This document shows, piece after piece, positions 46,370-55,848 of a stretch of 64,000 bases of DNA. The DNA is from Candidatus Thorarchaeota archaeon. Lineage in GTDB: Archaea > Asgardarchaeota > Thorarchaeia > Thorarchaeales > Thorarchaeaceae. Under the pieces are notes generated by a model that saw only the letters and a program-made list of their open reading frames with translations, did no database searches and was not told the DNA's origin. Made by a program: the position numbers and the translations under genes. How positions within the stretch are numbered: position 1 is the stretch's first letter; each line of letters begins with the position of its first letter. The stretch spans positions 1-64,000 of the forward strand of contig JBHIAE010000008.1 in assembly GCA_046758445.1 (NCBI GenBank), given 5' to 3'.

Positions 46370-46657
46370 ATGCAACCTGAAAAAGAAGGTGACACTTCGG
46401 ACAAGAAACGTGGCGCAAAGGGAGCAGTGAAGGACTTCTTCTACGGCATGGCAATGCAAGGTATGGCCAGATATGCATTGAAGACGCGCATGTACTTGGA
46501 ACACTTGTTCATGCTCATCACTCTCGGAGATATGCTAGGCATCCCTATCCTTCCGCCGTATTACTCGCTCAAGCTTCTACCCTATGCAGTACCCAACATT
46601 AAGACTTGGAAACGTACGCTGTTCAAGGAACGCGACTTTACGGATGCACTCTTCTAG
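46370..46657 (+). CDS. Small CstA/ArsA-associated protein, paralogue 2 (cory-CC-star-like)
   Basis: KDFFYG...LFMLITLGDMLGIP..PPYYSLKLLPY...WKRTLFKERD. Confidence 0.8.
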   Translation: MQPEKEGDTSDKKRGAKGAVKDFFYGMAMQGMARYALKTRMYLEHLFMLITLGDMLGIPILPPYYSLKLLPYAVPNIKTWKRTLFKERDFTDALF

Positions 46658-46704
46658 GTCGGTATTCCTCACCTCACATTCGTTGCATATCGAGGAGAAA
46701 TGTT

Positions 46705-47712
46705 ATGGCACGAAACATGAGCAGTTTCTACGAAATCAATCCTGACGTAAGAATAGCAGTGTTTGCTGGGAAGGGAGGTCTGGGCAAGACCACATGCAGT
46801 GCTGCACTGTCAATGTGGCTATCAAAGCAGAAGAAGAACGTTTTGTGCTTCAGTACCGATCCTCAAGCCTCATTGTCCGACATCTTCGAGAAAGATGTGT
46901 TCGGGAAAGGGGCCCAGAAGCTGGCTCAGGACCTATTCGTGATGGAAATTGATGCGGACAAACGCATCGCGGCCTTCCAGGAAGAAATCCGGCAGCAAAT
47001 CAAAGACATGTATGGTATTAAGGAAATCCCCAAGGAGATTGATGAATATATCAGTGCGGCCAGTGCTGAGCCCGCCATGCACGAGTCTGCCACCTATGAT
47101 GCAATGGCAGGTTTGCTGGCCTCTGAAGAGTATGATCTCTATGTCTTTGACATGCCACCTTTTGGCCACGGGATTCGAATCGTTTCCATGGCTCGAATCT
47201 TGGACATCTGGGTGGATAAGATGGAAGAAACGCGAAGGAAGGCCCAAGAGTATGGCGATTCTGCATATCAAATGCAACAGAAGACAGCTGGTGCCGGCCA
47301 AGATCAGATGCTTGCCGAGCTGCAAGACATCCGGAAGAAGCTGGGCTTCTTCCAAGATATCCTTACTGACAGCAAACGAACAGCATTCTATATGGTTGTC
47401 ACACCTGAGAAGATGTCAATTCTGGACACGGAACGCGCACTTCAGATGTTTGAACAAATGGAGATTACGCTGACGGGGGTCATCGTCAACCAGGTCTATC
47501 CAAAGGAACTGCTCCAACGGAATGATCTGAGTCCGTTTCTGCGCGAACGTATTGAGATGCAGCAGAGATACATGGTCGAGATAGAAGAGAAGCTGGGTGA
47601 CCATGTGTGCGCTGTGATTCCGATGTTTGACCGCGAACCTAAGGGACTCGAAATGATCAGGAAAGTATCTGATGTCATGATGAGTTGGAATGAAAAGATA
47701 ACGGGGGACTAG
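46705..47712 (+). CDS. ArsA/Get3(TRC40)-family ATPase 1
   Basis: GKGGLGKTT, STDPQASLSD, EIDA, DMPPFGH, IVNQV; ATG at 46705 after GAGGAG. Confidence 0.93.
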   Translation: MARNMSSFYEINPDVRIAVFAGKGGLGKTTCSAALSMWLSKQKKNVLCFSTDPQASLSDIFEKDVFGKGAQKLAQDLFVMEIDADKRIAAFQEEIRQQIKDMYGIKEIPKEIDEYISAASAEPAMHESATYDAMAGLLASEEYDLYVFDMPPFGHGIRIVSMARILDIWVDKMEETRRKAQEYGDSAYQMQQKTAGAGQDQMLAELQDIRKKLGFFQDILTDSKRTAFYMVVTPEKMSILDTERALQMFEQMEITLTGVIVNQVYPKELLQRNDLSPFLRERIEMQQRYMVEIEEKLGDHVCAVIPMFDREPKGLEMIRKVSDVMMSWNEKITGD

Positions 47713-47716
47713 AACA

Positions 47717-48727
47717 ATGTCTGAATCCAAATTCAAGGACTTCGTGAATCAGCACCCGAAGCTGAAGTACTTCTTCACAGGCGGTAAGGGTGGCGTTGGC
47801 AAGACTGTTAGTGCTGCCGCGATTGCTCAGTATTTTGTTTCACAGGGGAAGAAGACCCTCATTGCTTCTCTGAATCCCGTCCACTCGCTCTCAACTCTCT
47901 ATGGTCAGGAGATATGGGGGCAAGGGATTCAGAAGATTAATGGAGCGGAGAATCTGTGGGGAATAGAGGTTGATATCATGGAGAAGATAGGAACCTATCG
48001 TGATCAGCTCACGGAACGTATCACCTCATTTCTCAAGTGGGCGGATATCCCAGTTGACCCTGCAGCGTTCATTGATATCGCCGTGACCAATCCGGCGTTC
48101 GAAGAATCTGCTCAGTTCGATACTATGACTGATATTATGCTTGAACAGGGAGAGAACTACGATGTCATTGTGTTTGACTGTGCAGCCGTGGCCAATGCGA
48201 TTCGACTATTGGGTCTCAGCAAGATCTACGACCTCTGGCTAAGCCGCATGATTGAAAGCAGGAAGGAAGCCTTGTCTCTCAGAGTTCAGCTCTCCTTTAG
48301 AAAGGAGAAGGTTGCCGACGAGGTCAAGAAGGACCCTATGATGGCGGACCTCTTGCGGCAGCACCAGAAGATGAGTAGGGCGAAAGAGATTCTTAGTGAT
48401 GTGGAGAGAACTGCATTTGTATTCGTTACGATTCCGCTGGCACTTCCCATTGCCGTGGTACAGAGGTTCATCACAATGGTGCGGGCCTTTGATATTCCTG
48501 TTGGCGGAGTCTTTGTAAACCGCATCATTCCGCAGTCAGCAGCAGAAGAAGACGCCACCGAATACATGAAGAACAGTTACCAACAGCAGGAACGATACAT
48601 GAATATGATTCGTGACCAATTGGGAAACCTTGTTAGTGCTTATGTTCCTCTGTATCCCACAGAAGTGAGCGGTGTTCAGGGAATCGTCCAGTTCTGCGAG
48701 GACATGTTAAGTTTCAGACCTGAGTGA
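47717..48727 (+). CDS. ArsA/Get3(TRC40)-family ATPase 2 (degenerate switch motifs)
   Basis: GGKGGVGKTV, SLNPVHSLS, FDCAAVAN, FVNRI. Confidence 0.92.
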   Translation: MSESKFKDFVNQHPKLKYFFTGGKGGVGKTVSAAAIAQYFVSQGKKTLIASLNPVHSLSTLYGQEIWGQGIQKINGAENLWGIEVDIMEKIGTYRDQLTERITSFLKWADIPVDPAAFIDIAVTNPAFEESAQFDTMTDIMLEQGENYDVIVFDCAAVANAIRLLGLSKIYDLWLSRMIESRKEALSLRVQLSFRKEKVADEVKKDPMMADLLRQHQKMSRAKEILSDVERTAFVFVTIPLALPIAVVQRFITMVRAFDIPVGGVFVNRIIPQSAAEEDATEYMKNSYQQQERYMNMIRDQLGNLVSAYVPLYPTEVSGVQGIVQFCEDMLSFRPE

Positions 48728-48906
48728 TTAGTCACTCATGACACCTTCGCTGCGTCTCAAAGATGGACTCTGCAGAGTGAGCAGTGACATGCCCTTTCAA
48801 GTTCTGTTCAACAAGCTGGCACTGACGGCCAGACTAATGTCACCTTCGGAAGGCTCTAAAGCATCTATGCAATAAACGAATGGTAAGAATTGTGCGAGGT
48901 CTAAGA

Positions 48907-49263
48907 ATGGCCATTACGTTGGACGCAGAGGACATTCGTAGTATTGATATCAAGCATGGAGAGAAAGACGAAACAACCTCTGGCTATGCCGTCGTATACC
49001 TTCGGAAGCACAGACCAGAGGTAAATGTGTTCCATTTCAACTTCTCAATGACCAATGATGACTTCTTTGAGCAGATAACCGCGTTAGAGGCAGCTGCTCA
49101 GAGGTCAGGTTTCGAGCTGAACCTGACGAGGAAATCAAGATTCTCCTTGGCCGTCGAGAAGTTGCTGGTAGGTGCACTGGCAGGTACCGCGTACCAGAGC
49201 CGCGGCTGCCCATCTTGCCGAATGATTGACACATTCATCGCCGGTGGACGTAGCATGGCATAG
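48907..49263 (+). CDS. Hypothetical protein with C-terminal CxxC
   Basis: MAITLDAEDIRSIDI...RGCPSCR. Confidence 0.55.
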   Translation: MAITLDAEDIRSIDIKHGEKDETTSGYAVVYLRKHRPEVNVFHFNFSMTNDDFFEQITALEAAAQRSGFELNLTRKSRFSLAVEKLLVGALAGTAYQSRGCPSCRMIDTFIAGGRSMA

Positions 49264-49449
49264 CCCTGCCTGTCACCAATCATCTGAAGAACTCGGGGTG
49301 CGAAGGCCCGCTCTATCGATATTTGCGGTTGGGCACGTTAGTGTTGAGACCGTCTGGTTCCGTCAGAATGCCGCCAGACGCCAATTGAGCATCCTTAAGA
49401 GAGTCAAGTTCACTATCGCAGATCACCAATATCGAAGTTGGTTTTGCTC

Positions 49450-50388
49450 ATGCGGACAGCTATCATGGGTGCAGGAGGAGTCGGCGGATACTTCGGAGGA
49501 CTGCTGACCAAAGCTGGCGAGGATGTGACTTTCATAGCGAGAGGGCAGCACCTCAGGGCAATAAGGAGGGACGGACTGCGGATTCAGAGCCCCAGGGGAG
49601 ATTTCTCTGTGAGGGCCAAAGCATCAGAGGATCCAGCTGAAGTCGGACCTGTGGATCTAGTCCTTTTCTGTGTCAAGGGCTACGACACAGTCGAGGCTGC
49701 AATGCAGACGAAACCAATGGTGTCCACAAACACGACAGTGATATCCTTGCAGAATGGTGTGGATAAGGAAGAGATCCTGGGCCGCATTCTTGGAGTCGAC
49801 CGAATTATGGGCGGATTATGTGCACTGAACGCCTATATTGAGTCCCCCGGAGTCATAACACACCTAGGACTTGAAAGGCTTGCCTTTGGAGAAACGGACG
49901 GAACTCAGTCGGAACGAGGGAAACGCATACTGGAAATGCTTGAGAATGCAGGCATAAATGCTAGTCTATCACAGAATATCTTGGTAGAAGAGTGGGAAAA
50001 GTTCGCCTTCATTAGTGCGGTTGGAGGCCTGTGCTGCCTCACACGTTTGCCCCTGGGCCCGATCTTGGAGTTTGAAGAAACAAGGCTGCTCTACATCAAC
50101 ACACTGTCAGAAATCCTTGCAGTCGGCCGCAATGAAGGAGTCGCATTAGATGATGATGTCCTTCAGAAACTTATGAGATTCTCATCTGGTCTTGACCCAG
50201 ATCTGAGACCATCCATGTATCGTGATTTGAAAGCGGAGAAGAGGATCGAGATTGAAACTCTTAATGGTGCTGTCGTCCAGCTCGGTCGAGAATCAGGAAC
50301 TCCCACACCCACCAATGATTTCATCTATGCGTGCCTAAAGGTCGTCAATGAAGTGAACCTCAGACGTGGGAATATGACAAGGGCTTGA
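49450..50388 (+). CDS. panE: 2-dehydropantoate 2-reductase (ketopantoate reductase family)
   Basis: GAGGVGGYFG, VKGYD, LQNG, WEKF, SMYRD, EIETLNG. Confidence 0.92.
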   Translation: MRTAIMGAGGVGGYFGGLLTKAGEDVTFIARGQHLRAIRRDGLRIQSPRGDFSVRAKASEDPAEVGPVDLVLFCVKGYDTVEAAMQTKPMVSTNTTVISLQNGVDKEEILGRILGVDRIMGGLCALNAYIESPGVITHLGLERLAFGETDGTQSERGKRILEMLENAGINASLSQNILVEEWEKFAFISAVGGLCCLTRLPLGPILEFEETRLLYINTLSEILAVGRNEGVALDDDVLQKLMRFSSGLDPDLRPSMYRDLKAEKRIEIETLNGAVVQLGRESGTPTPTNDFIYACLKVVNEVNLRRGNMTRA

Positions 50389-50492
50389 AGAATGAGGTTG
50401 CTACGCCAGCTTGAGTAAGACAAGTTACACAGCTTCACACCCAACGGCAAAGACTATAGGTAACAGATGTACCCTCGTCTCTGGGTGTTATC

Positions 50493-51041
50493 ATGAGAAT
50501 CTCAGGTCAGGATGAAGAGAGTAAATCAGTAATCGATGTGGCACGCCTGATGCTTCTCGCAGCCAGAACCGCACCGAAGGCGGCCGGCAAGGATGACATT
50601 GACACTGTCATCCTCACGGGGAAGGACAAGGATGCAGTGGCTAAAGAGATGCTGGAAATGGCAGAGTCCCAAGGGGAACTGTGGATTCGAGATGCCAAGA
50701 ACGTGGAGAAATCCGACGCGCTTATGCTCATCGGTCTGAAGGGCCACAAGACACTGGGAATCAACTGTGGAGCTTGCGGCCATGAAACATGTGCTGATTT
50801 CTCCAAGGCAGAACGAAGACAAGGAGTTGCCTATGAAGGACCAATCTGCACAATAAAGGCTCTCGACCTAGGCATAGCCTTGGGGAGTGCTGTCAAGACA
50901 GCACAGATCCATAATGTAGACAACCGTGTCTTCTATCGATCCGGCGCGGCAGCTCATCGGCTTAAGCTGATGCCTGACTGTCCCATAATCCTCTGTATTC
51001 CTCTCTCAGCGACCGGCAAGAGTGTCTTCTTTGACCGGTAG
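50493..51041 (+). CDS. DUF2148 ferredoxin-like/nitroreductase-fold protein
   Basis: AARTAPKAAGKD, NCGACGHETC, DLGIALGSA, DNRVFY, GKSVFFDR. Confidence 0.88.
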   Translation: MRISGQDEESKSVIDVARLMLLAARTAPKAAGKDDIDTVILTGKDKDAVAKEMLEMAESQGELWIRDAKNVEKSDALMLIGLKGHKTLGINCGACGHETCADFSKAERRQGVAYEGPICTIKALDLGIALGSAVKTAQIHNVDNRVFYRSGAAAHRLKLMPDCPIILCIPLSATGKSVFFDR

Positions 51042-51283
51042 CATATAGACCACTAACTAGAGAACGCAGTGGACCAAGGTCGGATCAAGGATTCGGCTTG
51101 TGGATTTCCAAGCAATCCTAGGTGTACCAGTCCGGCTTTGACAATGACAAAGTGACTCCACCAATGGAAAGTAGATCTCTATCAAGTATCCTCGCTACAG
51201 AGTAGAGAGGTAGTCACGCTTCGCATGAGCCCCCTCATCTTCGATTCGAGCACATGCGTAGATAACATGGCGTTGTGTCTTTG

Positions 51284-51694
51284 CTAAAGCCGGGCAATGA
51301 GCTTCTTCAAAACAGAGTGGTGACGGTTCTCATCTTCGAGAACGTGTTCAAGCAGTCTTTTGATTGTCTCGTCCTTCATAGTCTTGATCTGTTTCTTGAG
51401 TGTGTTGATCATGTCCTCTTCCAGTTTGATGTGTTCTTCGAGTTCAATGGGAGAGATATACTCCCCGATTCTTCGGCTCACAGCGAGATCCCACTCCGAT
51501 GGAGGAATGGTCAGAGTCTGCTTGATGACTTCGAAGATCCTCTTATGTTTCCTTGAATCCATAAGCAGCTCTTCAAATACTAGCTTAAAAGCGAAATTGC
51601 CAATCATCTCCATTGCTTCTTCGTATGCCTGGATGGCCTTCTCTTCGATTTCTATTTGATAGTCAAGTATCTTCGTGAGTTCTTCGCGATCCAT
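51284..51694 (-). CDS. Ferritin-like/rubrerythrin-family protein
   Basis: QIEIEE..Y, DSRKH, HIKLEE, DENRHH four-helix pattern. Confidence 0.8.
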   Translation of the reverse strand: MDREELTKILDYQIEIEEKAIQAYEEAMEMIGNFAFKLVFEELLMDSRKHKRIFEVIKQTLTIPPSEWDLAVSRRIGEYISPIELEEHIKLEEDMINTLKKQIKTMKDETIKRLLEHVLEDENRHHSVLKKLIARL

Positions 51695-51949
51695 TAGCTA
51701 TTCACTCATTCCACTTTTCGTTCTGGCAATGGGTAGCGGTATCGAATTGCCTGCATAAGACATTTGTTGTTGGTCGGTCAGATGATGAGTCTGAACTCCC
51801 CAAGAAGCACAGCTTGTCTTGTTTCACTCCAAACAGAAATGCATTCGAGAACGTGCCATCTCGATTATGTGGTTCATTGGCCGAGGCGCCGTGCCAGCCA
51901 AGACAAGATTCAAATAACCGAACAAGCACCTGCAACCCAGTTGGTCGCC

Positions 51950-52534
51950 ATGACAGAAGAAAGTGGGGAACTGGCACCTAGGAGAGACGAGTATTTCGAT
52001 CTGGGAAGCATCTTCAGAAACTCAGCTACGATCACTTTTGTGATTCAGATTGGAGCGGTGATTCTGATGGTAGGCTCACTTACAGCGTATGGGATTGGTG
52101 ACCTGTTTCTTTCACTCGCCCCTGACCTTCAGATACTCATGCTGCTAGTAATCAGTATCATCTTCCTGGTCATATTCTTAGCTGCAATCAGCGCCTTCAT
52201 CCGTTTTTCGAGGAGGATTGGGAACGTAGTAGTGGGCCCCGGTATAGAACGTGTGCCATTCAATACTCCTAGGGTGAAGACGGTTGTCATGATGTATGGA
52301 GTGCTTGTGACTCTGATGGCCATAACAGGACTCTACATCTGGTATCTAGTCGACCTGAACTTCCTGATTCCATTTGCGTCTGGCAGTACATCGCTCAGGC
52401 TGTTTGGTTTTGCGCTCGGCGGGTTTGTAGTTGCTCTACTCATCCAGATAATCGTGGCCGGTGTTGGACGCAGTGCATCCAGAATAATAATCGAGGTGCT
52501 GGATGCAGACGACGATGAAGAGTTCCTTAGGTAG
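51950..52534 (+). CDS. Hypothetical 4-TM membrane protein
   Basis: Four hydrophobic helices after MTEESG, acidic tail. Confidence 0.75.
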   Translation: MTEESGELAPRRDEYFDLGSIFRNSATITFVIQIGAVILMVGSLTAYGIGDLFLSLAPDLQILMLLVISIIFLVIFLAAISAFIRFSRRIGNVVVGPGIERVPFNTPRVKTVVMMYGVLVTLMAITGLYIWYLVDLNFLIPFASGSTSLRLFGFALGGFVVALLIQIIVAGVGRSASRIIIEVLDADDDEEFLR

Positions 52535-52862
52535 ACTGGTCTCTTTCGTCTTTCCCCGGTAGGTCAAACTCCTCATAAATCTCCTCAGGCAGAGGAGTGT
52601 AGATTCGTCGCTCAGCACTTGCCTTCTCCAGTCGGTCGTAATAGCCAATTGTAGCGTAGACACTGTATACGCCGAACACGAATCCGACTAGTGCTCCAAT
52701 AATGGCTCCGGGTACAGCTCCCTGCGGACCCCAAATTGAAGATCCTATGAACTGGCCAACATACAAGAGAATTATCACTGAACAGGGCAGTTCCGACCCT
52801 ACTGCCAACCATCGCCCCATCCCTGTAAGGCCAGACCGTTTCTGTTCTTCTGTCTGACTCAT
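52527..52862 (-). CDS. AtpZ/AtpI ('ATPase gene 1')-like 2-TM protein
   Basis: LAVGSELPCSVIILLYVGQFIG...AIIGALVGFVFGVYSVY. Confidence 0.55.
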   Translation of the reverse strand: MSQTEEQKRSGLTGMGRWLAVGSELPCSVIILLYVGQFIGSSIWGPQGAVPGAIIGALVGFVFGVYSVYATIGYYDRLEKASAERRIYTPLPEEIYEEFDLPGKDERDQST

Positions 52863-52954
52863 CACCAACACTCTCAACAGTCATGATACCGACATTGGTC
52901 AGACTTAAGCATGTTGAACTGCAGACGAGTCAATGCTTTTTTGTAGGCAGTGTG

Positions 52955-54265
52955 ATGGTCAATGACGAGGCCACTCTGTTGAAAGTCGACGTGACCTACG
53001 GAGATTCAACCATTGAACTTGATATCCCCGATGAGAACCTGTCGGGTAAGATAGTCCCCAAGCAGCTGGCAGCCGAGGTAGACATAGAGAATGAACTTGC
53101 CCGCGTCCTAGCTAATCCACACGGCCCGCACCTGACAGACCTTGTCCGGGGCAAGAGTATCTGTGTCTTGATCGCGGACCACACAAGGGACGCGCCCCAT
53201 AGGGCACTTGCAGATGCAGTGGCACCTCTTCTTGTTGACGCTAACAGAGTGCTCTTCGTCATCACCACAGGATCTCACGAGGTCGAACACCCCGGAAACC
53301 TCGAGATTGTGAGTATGTTGTCGCATGCAGCCAGTGACGCGGGCCTCGACTCCTACAAGGTTGCCATCCATGATTGCCAAGCCAGTGAAACTGCTGACCT
53401 GGGAGAAACCACTAGAGGTACTCCTCTGCTCGTAAATGCATTAGCAGTGGGATATGATGTCTATGTCCCACTTTCGGACATGAAGGCCCATTACTTTGCA
53501 GGATATTCAAATCCTCTCAAGGACTTCCTTCCCGGCGTCTGTGCATTCAGAACCATCGAGGCAAATCACTCAATGGCATTGAATCCGAAGTCGACCTTTG
53601 GGCGACATCCATATCATCCCGATGAGTCTCGACGTGACAATCCACTGGCTGATGACATGAGAGAGGCCACCGAGATGATTACACGGAATGCGAGAGTCTT
53701 CACACTTGCTGTGATTTCGAGTGGAAGTAGACTGGTCTGGGCAGACGCAGGACGCCTGAGATCGGTCATTGCGCGAGGCATCGAAGTCCTTGATGAAACC
53801 ACCAGCTTCACAGTCAAACCAGTGTCGAGAATTGTGGTGTCCCCCGGGGGCTATCCACAGGACAAGAGTCTATATCATGCCCAACGTGGACTTGAGCTGA
53901 CTAAGAATGCTGTCACCGAAAAGGGCGAGATCCTTTTTCTTGCAGAGTGTAGGGACGGGGTTGCACCTCCAGCAGCAATAGAGAACTTCTACGACAGGTT
54001 GAAAGCCCCATTGGATGATGTGCTAGAGAGCATCAGTGGGAAGTATCATTTGTACGAACACAAGGCGTTCAAGTTTGCTGAGCTGCTGAAGCGTGTTTCT
54101 GGCATCAAGATACACACTCAGCTGGACACAGACACCGTTGAATTAGCCCATCTAGAAAACGTTGAAGACCCGCAACAAGTGATCGACCAGTGGATCTCAG
54201 AGGACCCAGAAGCTCAGATTCTGGTGCTGGACAAGGGAAACAAGTTGGCCGTGTATGCATCCTAG
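52955..54265 (+). CDS. Lactate racemase (LarA) family protein
   Basis: DHTR, TGSH, HDC, GETTRGTP, HYFAGYS..KDFLPG, SPGGYPQD, AECRDG. Confidence 0.88.
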   Translation: MVNDEATLLKVDVTYGDSTIELDIPDENLSGKIVPKQLAAEVDIENELARVLANPHGPHLTDLVRGKSICVLIADHTRDAPHRALADAVAPLLVDANRVLFVITTGSHEVEHPGNLEIVSMLSHAASDAGLDSYKVAIHDCQASETADLGETTRGTPLLVNALAVGYDVYVPLSDMKAHYFAGYSNPLKDFLPGVCAFRTIEANHSMALNPKSTFGRHPYHPDESRRDNPLADDMREATEMITRNARVFTLAVISSGSRLVWADAGRLRSVIARGIEVLDETTSFTVKPVSRIVVSPGGYPQDKSLYHAQRGLELTKNAVTEKGEILFLAECRDGVAPPAAIENFYDRLKAPLDDVLESISGKYHLYEHKAFKFAELLKRVSGIKIHTQLDTDTVELAHLENVEDPQQVIDQWISEDPEAQILVLDKGNKLAVYAS

Positions 54266-55776
54266 TCCCAGTTTATCCCTGAGACTGATCTGTAGAGTTG
54301 CTTGTACCTTTCAAACCCGCTCGCGTAGGTGGCCTGGTGTTCCTTGTTGGGTATGAGAGGCTCTTTAGGCCGTACCATCTCTTCAGCCGCATGTGCAATC
54401 GATTTGAAGAGGCCAACTCCGTTGCAAGCGAGAATTGCGGCACCCAGAGCGGTTGCCTCCTCCATCTCTGTTCTGATCACTGGGACTCCTAAGACGTCGG
54501 TCTGTATCTGCATCCAGACCTCGCTCCTAGCAGCTCCACCCGTGACTCTAATCTCTTCGGCAGGGATCTCAAGTTCTCGCATTACCTCTAGATTCGTACG
54601 GATCTCATACGAAACCCCCTCTAGAATGGAACGAAGCAAGTGGGCCCTAGTATGTCCTAGGGCGAGGCCGGCAAAGACTCCCCTTGCATGGGGATTCCAA
54701 TGTGGCGCTCCCGCACCAGCAAAGTGAGGAATGTGGATGACGCCCTCGGCTCCCGGAGGGATGTCTGCGGCCCCTTCCGTTAACACTTCGTAGGGGTCGA
54801 CGCCTCGCTCCTTGGCGATGTCTATCTCAATGCTGCCAAGTTGGTCTCGGAACCAGCGGAGTACAGAGCCAGTTGTGAACATGCTCGCCTCCACGACAAA
54901 TGCGTTTGGCACCACATGTCTGCTGCAGAGAACCCTTCGACTTGGGTCGAGTCGCTCATTGTCCGAGTATGCAAGCATGAATGTACCTGTCCCTGTAGTG
55001 GATTTGATTCTGCCAGGTCGCGTGACACCAACACCAAGAGCGGCACATTGTTGGTCACCACCGCCAGCCACAACTGTCGTGTCAACACTCAGGCCAGACT
55101 CTTTTGAGGCATTCTGAGAGACCTCTCCTACAGGAGTGCCTGGCAAGACTGGCTCAGGAAGTTTCTCAATCGGCAACTCGAAGGAATCAAGAAGTGTCTG
55201 TGACCACTCAGCTTTCGAGATATCAAACAGTAGTGTTCTGCTCGCGTTCGAATGGTCGGTCAATGTCCGTCCGGTAAGTCTGTAGATGATGTAATCGTGA
55301 ACCAAGAGAAACTTGTGGGTATTCCTGAAGATGTCTGGCTCATTCTGTTCTATCCAGATGATCTTCGGGGCTGTGAAATATGGGTCCACTGTAAGTCCAG
55401 TCACTGAATAGATGTTTCCTAAGGACACACGGTCGCGTATCCAATCGCACTGGGACACCGTGCGGCGGTCCTGCCAGACGATGGCTGGACGCAAAGGACG
55501 TCCTTTTTCATCAACTGGGACAACTGTTTCTCGCTGATTCGTTACACTCAATCCAGTGATACTTTCAGGACTCACCTTGCTGGAACTGAAACAGCGAGCG
55601 ACAGTCTTGCAGGTCGCTCTCCACCAGCTCTCGGCATCCTGTTCCACCCACGAAGGACTCGGGAAGATGCTCTCGAACTCCTGATAGGCCTTAGCCACTA
55701 CCTCTCCGTCAGGTCTGAAGAATATGGAACGTACGCCTGTAGTTCCCGCATCGATTGCCAGTACAATCTGTTTCAT
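54262..55776 (-). CDS. FGGY-family kinase (xylulokinase/glycerol kinase-like)
   Basis: IDAGTTG, WVEQD, TNQRET, WQDRRT, TDHSNASRT, GGGDQQ, GTGT, TGGAARS; start MKQIV at 55776. Confidence 0.93.
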   Translation of the reverse strand: MKQIVLAIDAGTTGVRSIFFRPDGEVVAKAYQEFESIFPSPSWVEQDAESWWRATCKTVARCFSSSKVSPESITGLSVTNQRETVVPVDEKGRPLRPAIVWQDRRTVSQCDWIRDRVSLGNIYSVTGLTVDPYFTAPKIIWIEQNEPDIFRNTHKFLLVHDYIIYRLTGRTLTDHSNASRTLLFDISKAEWSQTLLDSFELPIEKLPEPVLPGTPVGEVSQNASKESGLSVDTTVVAGGGDQQCAALGVGVTRPGRIKSTTGTGTFMLAYSDNERLDPSRRVLCSRHVVPNAFVVEASMFTTGSVLRWFRDQLGSIEIDIAKERGVDPYEVLTEGAADIPPGAEGVIHIPHFAGAGAPHWNPHARGVFAGLALGHTRAHLLRSILEGVSYEIRTNLEVMRELEIPAEEIRVTGGAARSEVWMQIQTDVLGVPVIRTEMEEATALGAAILACNGVGLFKSIAHAAEEMVRPKEPLIPNKEHQATYASGFERYKQLYRSVSGINWD

Positions 55777-55848
55777 CTGAATCCACAAAGTGTGAAGAGC
55801 AAACCCGTGATATGAACGCTTCGCGGCTAGAAATACCAAGAGGCCATC

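Noticed and set aside
46705-48727. Arsenite-resistance ArsA operon
   Set aside because: No metalloid-binding Cys motif, and no arsB/acr3/arsR/arsD/arsC in the window.
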